DNA of 63,629 bases, from NCBI GenBank assembly GCA_000934665.2, contig JYFJ02002068.1, positions 1-63,629 on the forward strand. The letters run 5' to 3'. Below the pieces are notes generated by a model that made no database searches, was not told the DNA's origin, and saw only the letters and a list, made by a program, of their open reading frames with translations. How positions within the stretch are numbered: position 1 is the stretch's first letter; the number at the start of each line of letters is the position of its first letter. The DNA comes from Catajapyx aquilonaris (taxonomy: Eukaryota). Below are positions 40,901 through 52,289 of the stretch, piece by piece. The position numbers and the translations under genes are program-made.

Positions 40901-43900
40901 CTCGAAGGGCATTTTTCATCATTCTTTTCCTATGCCAGCCACACTCGAGATGTTAATGAAGTGGAGTTTCGGATTCGTGAGGCAGCCAGACTCTGCTGAT
41001 GATATCGTTGACTGGAAGGGCGGTTGACCTTCCCTATTTAAATCCAGACACCCCCCATTCAAGCCGTTGATGAATATTCGGTCCCCGGTTCAGAGATGTA
41101 ATTTGGGATGGGTGCTTGTCGCGGGAGGGGGGGCCCAATTAGACCATCCGACTACTTTTTGTGCTCGTGAGTAGTTAGTATATATCCTTCTGCGGATGAT
41201 GTCTCCTCGACGCTAACAAGATCCTCTCCCGAACTGAAGAAATTCCCCAACTTTGACAACCAACTCGATATCTTTTTCACCAAAACTTTTCTAATATCAC
41301 ATGGGCGTACATGCTGCTTCCAAATTAATCTGATGACGATACAGTGTTGGACAGATGATGTTCGGGTCCGCCGCAATTGTTCCCCCCTTCCACTAAATCT
41401 GCCCCGTCCCCAGAGTTACACCAGACATTTTTCAAACCCCCCCACCACCATGAAGCTAAGGGGGTTTAATGGTTCGCTCGCAATCGCCCACCTCCTTTTT
41501 CCTATATATATACACTGTCGAATATATCGCCCAAGTTTCGTCCGCCTCTGCTAAGACCTTCCCTCGCTTCTGCCTGCAACTTGCTGACAATGAGGCATTG
41601 ATCGGGAGGTCCCCCCCCCTCGACTTTCTAATCGAACAGAATTTCTCCCTTCTCTTCTTCTCTCCCCCCATTGGGGATTGTTACTTAGCGGGGAATTCCC
41701 CCGGAAATTCCGAGAACAATAATGGCAGTCCCCCTTCCTACCGTGCCATCCTCTCAATTCAAATGGCTTTTAAAGAGCAGCAGCAAGGGGGGGCGAGACG
41801 GTGTGTAAATATTTTTGCCCCCCCCCCTCTACTAATTACTGCCCCCGTGAATTTAATTAGCCGTGAAATATGTAAGCAACTTTTATTGCGAAGGCTAGAT
41901 GTATAGCCCCCGCGGGGGCGACACTATAGGGGAAAAGGTGCAATATAGCCGACCTTGGCATGCAATGTTATAGGTGGGGAGGCATGCATCAAACGTAACG
42001 ACGGGAGTGTGCAAAGAATGGGAAAAGCCAAGTCTCTTGCAAACTCATGGGAAAAGTTGGCCCAAAATATGCGGGCACCGGAATGCGGGCCTCATCCTGC
42101 GAGTTATGCTCCCTGATAGTACATGAGCGCCTGTTGGGTAGCTCTGAAGCGTCAGGATATGTTTTTTTAGTTTATTAAGAGGTGCGGACGTCGTGGCCTA
42201 CATTTTAACCTGGGGAGGTCACGAGGTCAGAATCCTATCTCCCTGGACCGTTCCAGTCCTACCTGAACTGCAAACAAAAGAGGAGGAGGAGGAATCCCAG
42301 GATGGGAAAAAAGGAGAGTGATTTACGTTTGCACGAGCGGCGATAAATCCCTTCAGTCCAGCGAGAGAAGCTGCTGGCTCGGGATCTCTCTCTTTCTCTC
42401 AGCAGAGAGAGGAGCCAAAAAAGAGGGGCCAAACGCCCTGGCAGCAGACTAGCTAGTTCCAAAGTCAAATCCACACTCTGCGGTCACCATTGGGACCCCC
42501 CTCCAGAAGTTATTCGATGGACCCACAATCCGATGCTTCAGGTGTCAATCACCCGTCTTTGTGAGAGGTCAAAAGGTCCCAGAAGGGGACCGGTTGGGGT
42601 CGTTAAGCGTTTGGGCAAGAGAAGCGAGTAAAGTTGGGTTCTGGACAAACACCTAGGAGTGTTGGACTCCCCGGGGGGGCTTGCTTTCGCGTGCTGGGTT
42701 TGTATTGGTAAGGAAGTCTGGAGAAAGAGACGATAAATTAGTCGGCCACCAGGGGCGAACCCCGGCGTTTGAAATTCACCTAACCCAACCGAACCGACCG
42801 TTCGGGGAATTCCTTCCTGATACCATCGCAGACACGACCTCTCTCGAATACACTTTTTTTCCGGCTTTTCTGGGCCGATCAATCCTGTAATGCTGTTAGA
42901 AGACGATTCTACAGTACGTAATGCGATTAAGAAGCCTCGGTTGACCTGTACGGTCAATCGGATGTTGCGAGCATCCATTTGCATTAAATTTTCGTAAAAG
43001 GAAACAATAGGGAGGTGATGAATGGAAGGCTTGAAAAATGGTTCTGTCCTGAACGCATCCTCGGTGTGAATTCATTGGAACGCCATTTTTCTTCTCGAAA
43101 TAATAGGAACAGAAAAGGTTGGACCCCTCGGCCTGTCTGCCGGATACCACAACAAAGCACCAACCCAACTGACCTTTGACCCCAGCTTCATAATTGGCTG
43201 GGGCCACAGTTTCATTTTTTTTGGGGAGGGCGGTCGTAATTAATTGGGGGGTCTCGATGTTTATAAGTGTGGGATCCAGTGCCAAGAAAACCCGGACCTG
43301 GTGCAGCAAAACACACCCCGTATCTTTGATCCGGGTCCAAAAACTGCTGCCTTTGCCTTGCTTGCTTTGCTCGTTTGGGTTTTACACGGCCTTTGAAAAG
43401 TGGCCAAGTTTTGGAGGGACCCGGAAGCTGGAATAGACCCCCATGCATCATGACACTCTTTATCCTATGAGTGTTTAATGGCCCGCGAACTAGGTTTTTC
43501 CACCCCCGTTCTTTTTTTATATAACGTATATTTTCCCTCTATATATTTTATCCCGGCGACGCTCTTTTCTGTCTCTATCTCTGGGCTCTTTATTTCGGCG
43601 CGGGACCATCGAGACATGTACAATTCAACTTGCCGGATTAGTCGCAAGACATATTGCAGCAATTGCACTGCCGGAGGATCCTGTTACAGCTTTGCCGACA
43701 CGCGAAAAAGTCTTTTTCCTTTACTCCTTTTTTTTAAAAAAAAAACCAGTAGTTGGTTGTTGGTTGGTGTCCTCAGAAGAAGGAGAATTAGCAGTTTGGT
43801 GGAAACCACGTAATTAAAGTAACAGTGGGAATATTGGGGGAGGGCTGGAGCTTCCTTATTTCCCTCGGAAATGCAATTTCCTCTTCCAAGAAATTTGGCT

Positions 43901-44619
43901 CCAGTTCAGGTATATCCACGCAGCAAGTACTCGTGACAGCGGAATTTTTTTATTATGAAATGAATAATTGAGGCGAAGGTCTGCTAATCATCAGTTGGCC
44001 CATTTCCACTCACAACACACGTTCCTGTGATGGCCAGAAAGTTCCATTATGCCCAGGTGGTGCACTTGTTTGTCTCCTACTGTCGTTGAATCGGATGAGA
44101 GCATCACAGATCGGCCAGGGAATTCAAGACAGTGTTGCCTTTTTTTTTGAAAGGCGTGAATGAATTGTGTACAGTGAACACACACTTGGTTGAGTGATGG
44201 GCTGCAAATTTGGCCCCGGGGCGCAGATAAAACCCTGGTCCATCGTAATATGTGGCCTAGTCCAAGTAGACCCATCGTTAACTGCCTCGATGACGTGTGA
44301 GTTTACGTGTCCCAATTGACCAGATAGCGCCATAGGCCCAATTTATAGCTCTCCGGATGGCCTATTACCCCTCATTACAAAACGCTGTGTTCGGTGATGG
44401 AGCTGTTGGATTTTTGGCCCCATTTCTTCCCTCAGCAGCACACCTCAACAACAGCAGTCCCCCCCAAAAAATGACGAAAAAAAAAACGTGCGGCCAGCTT
44501 ATAAATCACACTGGTCGTAACCTTCTCATTCATATCAATCCAAGCCCGAATTGCTGCACTTTGCCGTAAAAAATTGCGACCATTGCACTTCCATCTTTCT
44601 AGAAAGGAAACTTTCTATG

Positions 44620-44727
44620 GAATTTTCGTCCCACTTCCGGCTAGATACTGCTAACTTAGTAGTAGCCCTACCAATTCCAACACTGGCACTGCTAAGTTAG
44701 CAGTAGCTAGCAATGGGATGAAAATTC
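44620..44727. mobile_element. Degenerate fold-back element or MITE
   Basis: Outer arms GAATTTTCGTCCCA / TGGGATGAAAATTC. Inner arms 44646-44663 / 44688-44705 are 17/18 complementary. A related end sequence occurs at 674-696. Confidence 0.6.
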
Positions 44728-44973
44728 GATCCATTGAATCCTATCCTGAAGTGTGTCCGGCGCGGCGGCTAATTAATATTAATAATTATAATAAATATTA
44801 TACCTTCTGATTGGTCCGCCGTGTAGTGTTACTGCGACGCTTCCGATTGGCCCCCGTCCTGCGCAGGCGCAAATTTGGTGGAAGCAGCGCCTCTGGTGGG
44901 TGGGAGGAGCTGTCGGCCGGAGGGTCTACATCGCTCCCTTCCCACCTTCCCACCCAGTGAGCTAGTTTATCAC

Positions 44974-45048
44974 CGTCGTTGTCGTCGTCGTTGTCGTTGT
45001 CAATAATAATAATAGGCCTATGATTATGATTATTATTATTATTATTAT
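44974..45048 (+). repeat. Mixed (GTC/GTT)n, (AAT)n and (ATT)n microsatellite block
   Basis: Directly visible trinucleotide runs. Confidence 0.8.
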
Positions 45049-46640
45049 TCCGGCCAACTCTTTCCCCATCCATGTTTTGGGGGTGCCAATGATAGGAGAA
45101 TCGATGCGGAAGGCTCTCGGAATAATTCATCGGCCATCGACTGTTTAATTAACTTTGATGATGAGGTGGAAGGGGGGTCCCTGCAGCAATTGCGTGTGGC
45201 ACGGGTGGGTGGGTGGTGGTGGTGGATTCATCCGACGCAACTCGCCTTGAATTATGGAGAAGCCCGTAGTCATCTAACCGGCTGGGAGTAACAATGTGCA
45301 TTTTTCCAACGATGTACACGATTTTTGCAACAACGATTTTGCTCTAATTAAAGCCTGCGGGGTTAGGCAACCCTGCGTTCAAACCCTCTCGAAAGAAAAT
45401 GATGCTGGAGGCTGAGATGAATCTAGGGCCAATCGATCCAGCCAGGCCAGTCATCGATTCCTGGGGCCAGCCGATCGTTCCTCACTCGGCCTTTCTCTAA
45501 TTTGCTCCAGATGGCGACTTGAGAGCGAGAAAATTCCCGGACCAACCCAAGAAGAAGAAGAAAAAAAGGGAGTTGGAAAAGAGAGAAAAGGGGTGATGGA
45601 GGTCGGGAGAGATTGAGAGGAAAAAGAGGTTGGTCCAGGCCAATACTGTAGGCACGTACAGTCTCTTGCAAAACTATTCAATCACCCTTACACCTGAAAC
45701 AGTAATAAAGGGGACAGCCCAAGGATGGCTTTAATAACAACCCGGATTTTTTCTCCCCCCCCTCCTGCGCGGTATTTACTATGACCTGGCTGATATTGGT
45801 TTCTGGTTTCATACGATGCAAAGATCAAACCCATAAAGGGGAAAAAAAGAGAGGGGGGGGGGTCGGGATATTGGGAGGCTGAGGATAAAGATGAATGCGA
45901 AATTAATTCAGATGAAAATCCACATGTTGCCGCTTGGCCTGCTTATGCTTTCATTATTATGGAAAAGGTCAATTCCCAAAATGTCAGCACTCTAGAGATT
46001 TTTTAAATTTTTTTCCCCACGAGTTATTATTATATGTAGCAAGCCTTGCTGCAATTTCGTGCACATACTAGCAACGAAGCTGTGTAATTACGGGACAACA
46101 ATGTGGGCGACTACAGGGTGTTCACTGTTGTTCGTTTGGTTATAGTATTTACCTATGTCGTGGCCGGTGTCGAATTTATAGCAGGGTCGTTTATTGTGTC
46201 GCAAAGTGGATGATCCACATAGCCTGCCAGGAAGTGATTGGCCGGATAAACAAGGTTCTCTCTCTCTCTTTTTTTTTTGCTCCCGAGGGGGTGGCCATTT
46301 GAGTCCGGACAGATAAGGGGGCAGATACGAGTGTATTTGGCCTGTGCCTAACATGAAAGGGGGTGACACAGCCTATAATTACTGGTCGTTAGCTGGAAAC
46401 GCTTTCCGCACTCTTTTTTTCCCCCCATTTGCCCCCGTTTTTGTGTGTGTGCAGTGTGTGTGTGCCTCCAGAAATTTATTAGACCCTGTTCCGCTAAATA
46501 AGTGGAAGTGACAGCCAATAGTCATGGAAGGAATCTCAACAGGTAATCAAAAAAGTGAATTATGTATCGGCCATTGCATCACTATGGGGGCGATAATTAA
46601 GTGCGATGCGCCCGCATGTTCAACTTTGCCTGTGCCACTA

Positions 46641-46838
46641 TTATGCGATTCACGAGTCCTGGCCTGTTAGGCTCCTCCCCCGTCCTCCGCCCTCTGAAGG
46701 CGAGGTTGCCACGTCCGCCATGGCCTCACACGCCTGCCAGGAGGATGGGGGAGAGCACTTGGCAGCAGTGGATCGCATTGGGGGGGACAACCAGGCCTGG
46801 AAATACGACGAACCACCTATCCCTTGTTGAGACCGAAC
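46641..46838 (-). mobile_element. Truncated copy of the 312-bp MITE (one TIR), inverted relative to the copy at 49662
   Basis: Near-identical reverse complement of about 49778-49973. Preceded by GCCAC-TA, the same left flank as the intact copy. Confidence 0.9.
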
Positions 46839-47030
46839 GCTCTCCCTTTGCACAATCCTGCCACTCTCAGGGAGAAAGTAGTACTACATGCACGTTGGTG
46901 ATGAGTCACTGCGCTGGCAAACCTCACCAGGGCGTCACTTGAACCCCGTTCAACAATTAGAGGACAGAAGTAAAAGCAATGGTAACTACTACCTACAGGC
47001 GATGAGTCAACTTGTTGGACTCACACATAT
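46839..47030 (-). mobile_element. Helitron-like family, copy C (abuts the truncated MITE)
   Basis: CCACTCTCAGGGAGAAAGTAGTACTACATGCACGTTGGTGATGAGTCAC is identical to copy A. ATGGTAACTAC and ATGAGTCAAC follow downstream. Confidence 0.8.
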
Positions 47031-49589
47031 CAATTCTGCACATATATTTTTTAAATGAGCGCAACCGAGTGCGCAACACAGTTCGCGCAAATTGCTTCAG
47101 GGGGTAACAATATGGCCGATTTTTTGCGATGTTGCCAAGTGGAACTAATATTAAGAGGCCCCCATAGAAGTAACTGTGGCAACGTTGTTGTCGGTTTCGC
47201 TCGTTTAAAAAAAAGGGGCATCATCTGAGAGTGTGTTGATAGCCGAGTGTGTCTTATTATTTCGAAATTTCTTTCGACACTTGCCCAATTTTCTTTCGGC
47301 GGTTCTTCTTTTTTCTAAAGGCCTGATCCGAACCCTAGGGGGAATTAATTAAGGAGCGCCGCATTGTTGGGTGGGGAACGCGCTCCAAATTATCTCTCTC
47401 TGGGAGGAGACCGGATCAGGCGATACATAATGATCAACCCTCTCTCCTTTTTTTATAGTATTTATTATTCCGGAGAACGATGATAGGCCCTGCGAGTCTA
47501 ATCCGGCCTTCAAAATTTTTTTGGTGGGGGGGATGATTTGCAGCGACCAACTTGAGCAGCTTACTCGGATGAATTGTTGCGTGGTTTTGCCTTCAGGTGG
47601 AAGGCCCCAGGTGTGGTCTGGGAACCGATGAGGAGGCCATTTTGTGTCCCCTTTTAGCCGCGACTCTTCTCCCTGGTATAAATCAGAGAGCCCCCAAACG
47701 CGGCGGAGTGGTAATTAACCGCGTTGTAAATCTTCTGCTCGATTATGAGCCTGATGAATGGGCAGGTGATAAATATATATATACAAAAAAAGAGGCCAGG
47801 TACAACACGAGCTTTAAGTGAGATGTCTCTCGAACAGCACTGTGTTGATATTTAGTGCGTGTGGTTTTCCCTGGGCTAATTTGTGTGCCGGATGAGCTTG
47901 TCGTTGGGTGGGGGGTCCACCATGCCTCTTTCTCTGCGTCTGGGATGCTGGGGGACCAAACCCCACCCAATCAGGCGATGGAGGTTCCAAAGTAGGTGAT
48001 AAGTACCCCTCTCACGCCGGGGTCCAGTGTTTGCAGCTTTCTCAAGAGTGTTGTTGGTCGTCGTGTTGGATTGGTGGCTACGACACGCTGAAAGATCACC
48101 CTGGAGGGAGAGAGAACGCACTTCGCAGCATGTTGATCAGAATAATAAACATCAGTGGCACACGATAATAAATAATTTTGTCCCAAAAAAATGACATTCG
48201 AAGGTATGTCTGTGGCAACAGCATTTTTGTTAGTTCTGGCTGGTTTGGTTGTAGGCTGCTGCCCCAGTAGATCACGTCCGCAGAAGAGAAGATTAGCTTT
48301 GTGCTGGTCAGCAGAAAACGAGGTGGAGGGGGGGTGGAGAAACTGGAGTTGTCTGAAGGTAGGGGGGAGTTATAGCAATAAATTCCGATTGCATCAGGCC
48401 TTCTGGAAAGGGCAGCCAGTTTTAGCCGGAATCCAGAGAGATGGTTTTTGGGGGGGCTGGATTTCCGGGACATTGGGAGGGGGTGAGAGCAGGAGAAAAA
48501 AAAACTTTTTCCCACAGAATCTCCAGGGAACATACGTGCGACTGGTCTATTATATTCCTCCGAGGGATTAATTTGTGCCACGAAAATTGGTACATTTTTT
48601 GTGCTGTACGTACTGCCTCGAAAGGGAGGCATGCACGTGAAGGCTGCAGTGCCCAGCAATCTTGCTTTTCGGGCGCACTGAGTTGTACATATTCGGTCCG
48701 TTGCGGTTCAAGGGTTAAATCAAATGGACAACCCCTTATCTTGAGATCCGCACGCATGTAACGTAGAATTTTAATTGAAAAGGCAGCACGCATGAAAAGC
48801 GTCCAATTGATATGCGAGAGTCGGAATATACATTTTTTTTCTCCATCAGTTGGTCGGTTTGGAGCAAGCAGCATCCGCGAGCCAGGAAACCATCTTTATG
48901 AGCAAAAATCTCCCCCACTTCCCAAGCCATGTTTTGTTGTGGTCTGCCAGTTTGGGGGGGATTGGCCCTTCTTCAAACACGGGCCAGCCAGCCTCTGCCT
49001 TTTGAAAAGTGCTGTTTCTAAAACGGAGCAACACCAAGGTTTAATAAATTCTCAGGCCTTTTGTGGCCGGAATGACAGTGCAGTCGGGCATGCATTGCCA
49101 GACTCGAAATGTGCTCCGCGGGATGCAAAATTCCACCATTCCCCCCTCCTCTCCACCACCACCACCACTCGACTAGTGCCTGGCCAACTTGCTTGCTCCA
49201 AAGGGAGGCGACAGAAAAAAAAAGAGAATATATGGGGGGAAAAAAAGACGGCCTGCATTTTGGGGGGGGGGAGAAAAAAACACCCAACACCACATGGGAG
49301 TTCCTGCAACTCAGTAGGGACAGGAAGAATTTTTGAAACGTATTTTTTGGCCAATTTACAGCTTGCCACCAAAAAAAAAAAAGAAGTGGTCACACCACAA
49401 CCTGTTTTGCATACAGGTCATGTTTTGCGAATTTGTTTTCGCACCTGGCCATATCCTGTGACATGTTTTTCAATCCGTTTGTCGGCAGAGTATTTTTGTT
49501 GATAACGCGGCATCCGATATTGGCCATTATATTTTTGCGAAATGTGCCACTCAAATTTTATAACCACAATTTAAGTGTTTATGTGTAAA

Positions 49590-50181
49590 CTAGTAGAGGA
49601 CTCGTTGCCAAAACTGGCCCACCCCCTCACTTGGATGTGTATAGTATACGATAGGCCACTATTATGCGATTCACGAGTCCTGGCCTGTTAGGCTCCACCC
49701 ACCTCCCAACGTCAGCGGCGGAAGAAATCAGGCCTGGAATGCTCGTGATTCTCGCGAGTAGGAGCCATTGGTGCGGGGTTCGGTCTCAACAAGGGATATG
49801 TGGTTCGTCGTATTTCCAGGCCTGGTTGTCCCCACCAATGCGATCCACTGCTGCCAAGTGCTCCCCCATCCTCCTGGCAGGCGTGTGAGGCCATGGCGGA
49901 CGTGGCAACCTCGCCTTCAGAGGGCGGAGGACGGGGGAGGAGCCTAACAGGCCAGGACTCGTGAATCGCATAATACCAGTTGGCGCATAGGCACTACTGC
50001 CGCTCTCAGGGAGAAGGTAGTACTACATGCACGTTGATGATGAGTCAATGTGCGGACAAGGTCCATTGAAGTGGGTCCCACCCTCTCTGACCGCTACATG
50101 GCCTCTAATAAGGGAAAGTGAAAACTATGGTAACTACGGACATATAAGCAGACAGACAGAATAAGGGGATTAGTAGTATGA
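49590..50181 (-). mobile_element. Helitron-like family, copy D, carrying a nested MITE
   Basis: The - strand starts TCATACTACTAATCCCCTTATTCTGTCTGTCTG and ends CTAG|T at 49590. The family core lies at about 49976-50175. Confidence 0.75.
49662..49973 (+). mobile_element. 312-bp MITE with 35-bp perfect TIRs and TA target-site duplication
   Basis: TIR TTATGCGATTCACGAGTCCTGGCCTGTTAGGCTCC at 49662-49696 and its reverse complement at 49939-49973. TA at 49660-49661 and 49974-49975. The paralogous empty site at 20695-20723 has a single TA. Strand is arbitrary. Confidence 0.92.
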
Positions 50182-52209
50182 GGTGATAGAAGAGCAAGTC
50201 CTTGTGCGACAACCCCGGTAATGATCCGTCGGAGTAATTACATTACCAATGCGAACACCCTCTGGCATCATGGACCTGTGTGTCCTTTTGGGTCGTTCTT
50301 CCAGATGAACTGCCTTTGGGGTCCGATCCTTGCCAAAGTTTCCCCGGTAGATGGACCGTGAAGCTTTCCATAAGGACACGTGCTGGACTCTTCTTCTCCT
50401 TATTACACTGTACAAGGAGGTTATACTTGCATCACTCTGCAGCAAGCTGTAATAATAATAATCATCATCCTTTGAAGCTGGCTGCTCGGTAACCGCACTC
50501 GGCTGGCGTTAATATTGCAATCGAGGGATTGGCTCGGAAAGTTCTGCCGCCTCATTGCGGTGGACGGTGAGCCTATAGGTTTGCACAATTTAACTTCCTA
50601 TAGTAAATACACCCTGGCGCAGTATAGAGCGAAAAACCGTCCCTGCCAATTTCTTCTTTTTAAAAAAAAGGCCCGTTTAGCCAAAAAATGACCAGCCAGG
50701 ATGCGTACCAAGTATGTATATATAGACGGTTTGCTTATATCCCGAGGCGTGTACTTTACATGCATCGAGGCAATTTTTGTCGGGCGTAATGCACTTTTAG
50801 GATGAAACACGGAGTCTGCGGGGAAAGAAGAATGGTGGGTGGGGGGTTTTTTTTTGGAGGTGGGTGGGAGGGGGTATGGAGAAGCAAGCAGCACTTGCCT
50901 TTCGAGTGGTGCCTGGGCCTAAACTAAACCCCGGCCGCCTCTCTCTGTATCCGGGTAACCGCAGCGCTCTCAGTGTGCTTCTCCATTTAATTACAATTTC
51001 GTGTTCGCGGAGGGGGCATATATACTCTGCCTAGTGGGTGGAGGGGGGATGTGGGGTGGAGGAAAAGCCATTCTTGCGATAAGGCAAATGCGCGGATTCT
51101 GATCGGGGGAGGCTGGAGGGAGATTAAGTATCCATTAGGGGAATGCGACGTCTTACAGGCAAAGCGATCAAGGACATCATTCGCATCGATACTTTGAGAC
51201 TGGGGAAGTTTCCAGGACAAATTCAACGGACTTGTTGCCTCTAGTTGCATCAACATCTCACAGGGCTCGGGCCAAGAGCCGAAGGCGCGCAAAGGGGACC
51301 GAAGGCCCACCGCCGAGCACAGCGAGTCGGTTGATGTAAGCCGCCAAACTTGTCAAAATTGGATTGGTCGCATCGAGGCCTTTTTTCCCCCCCGCACCAT
51401 CGTCTTCTTCTTTTCCGATCCGATGAGTTCCCCTTGAGTTACAGACGACAAGAGGAATTGGTCGGCGTGAAAATTCCAGGGTGTACATCACTTTGCCATT
51501 AGCTCCTTCGGTTTGCTTGCCGATGCGATCAGTTTTTTGGGGAAGGGTCCGAAGAATCTTTTCCCCCAACCCTCTCTTGGGCGTCTTGCTTGGTGCATCT
51601 GCTCCAATAGGATTGGGAAGCAACCGGATTCCGCGGATGTGTGTCCGGCCGCTTTTGCCTAATGTCCCAAGACGCAGCCTGTCCGCTCAAATCTGCCCTG
51701 AGAACCTGGCCCGGATTAATCAGATGGAGGGGGGTAGAAAGCACAGGAGTTGGTTTGTGTATCCGACTTGTCACCGCCCATTCTTGTCACTGCAGATATC
51801 TCGACGGGAAATTGTGATTTTGCTAGTTGTAGGGCCACTGTGTGTGCAGGCAAGCAAGAGTGATTCTGGGCCATTAGACACTGGCAGCAGCGTTGCACCA
51901 GGTAGTAATGTCGGCCGCAAAAATCTGTCGACGAAGAGAGAAGCGAGCGTTGGTGGCGCAAAAAGCTCGTTTTCCTCCCCACTTCTCTCTCTCACTGGGA
52001 GGCCCCCCCCTGGTGCTTGTCCGTGTGTGAATGGGCGATGGCCATTCCGCTCCGAAGATGGCCCTGGCCCCAATCCGCCAGCACCACCACTTCACGCCCG
52101 GATGATGCAGAAAACACACCAATTGTCTTTTTTCCCCTTTCGCCCCCAAAAAGACTAATTAATCCAACGCCCTTTAAGCCTCATCACATTGGGCTATTCG
52201 GCTGATCAC

Positions 52210-52289
52210 GAAGCAGGCCAACGAACGTTATTGTGGCTTTGCGCTCCGTTCAGAGCGCAAAGCCACAATAACGTTCGTTGGCCTGCTTC
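52210..52289. repeat. Perfect inverted repeat, 37-bp arms, 6-nt loop
   Basis: GAAGCAGGCCAACGAACGTTATTGTGGCTTTGCGCTC - CGTTCA - exact reverse complement. Confidence 0.95.

Noticed and set aside
42255..45710. Minus-strand splice-like signals (TTTGCAG|TTCAG|gtagg near 42265; TGTTTCAG| near 45693)
   Set aside because: Isolated signals that I could not assemble into a coherent antisense gene model.
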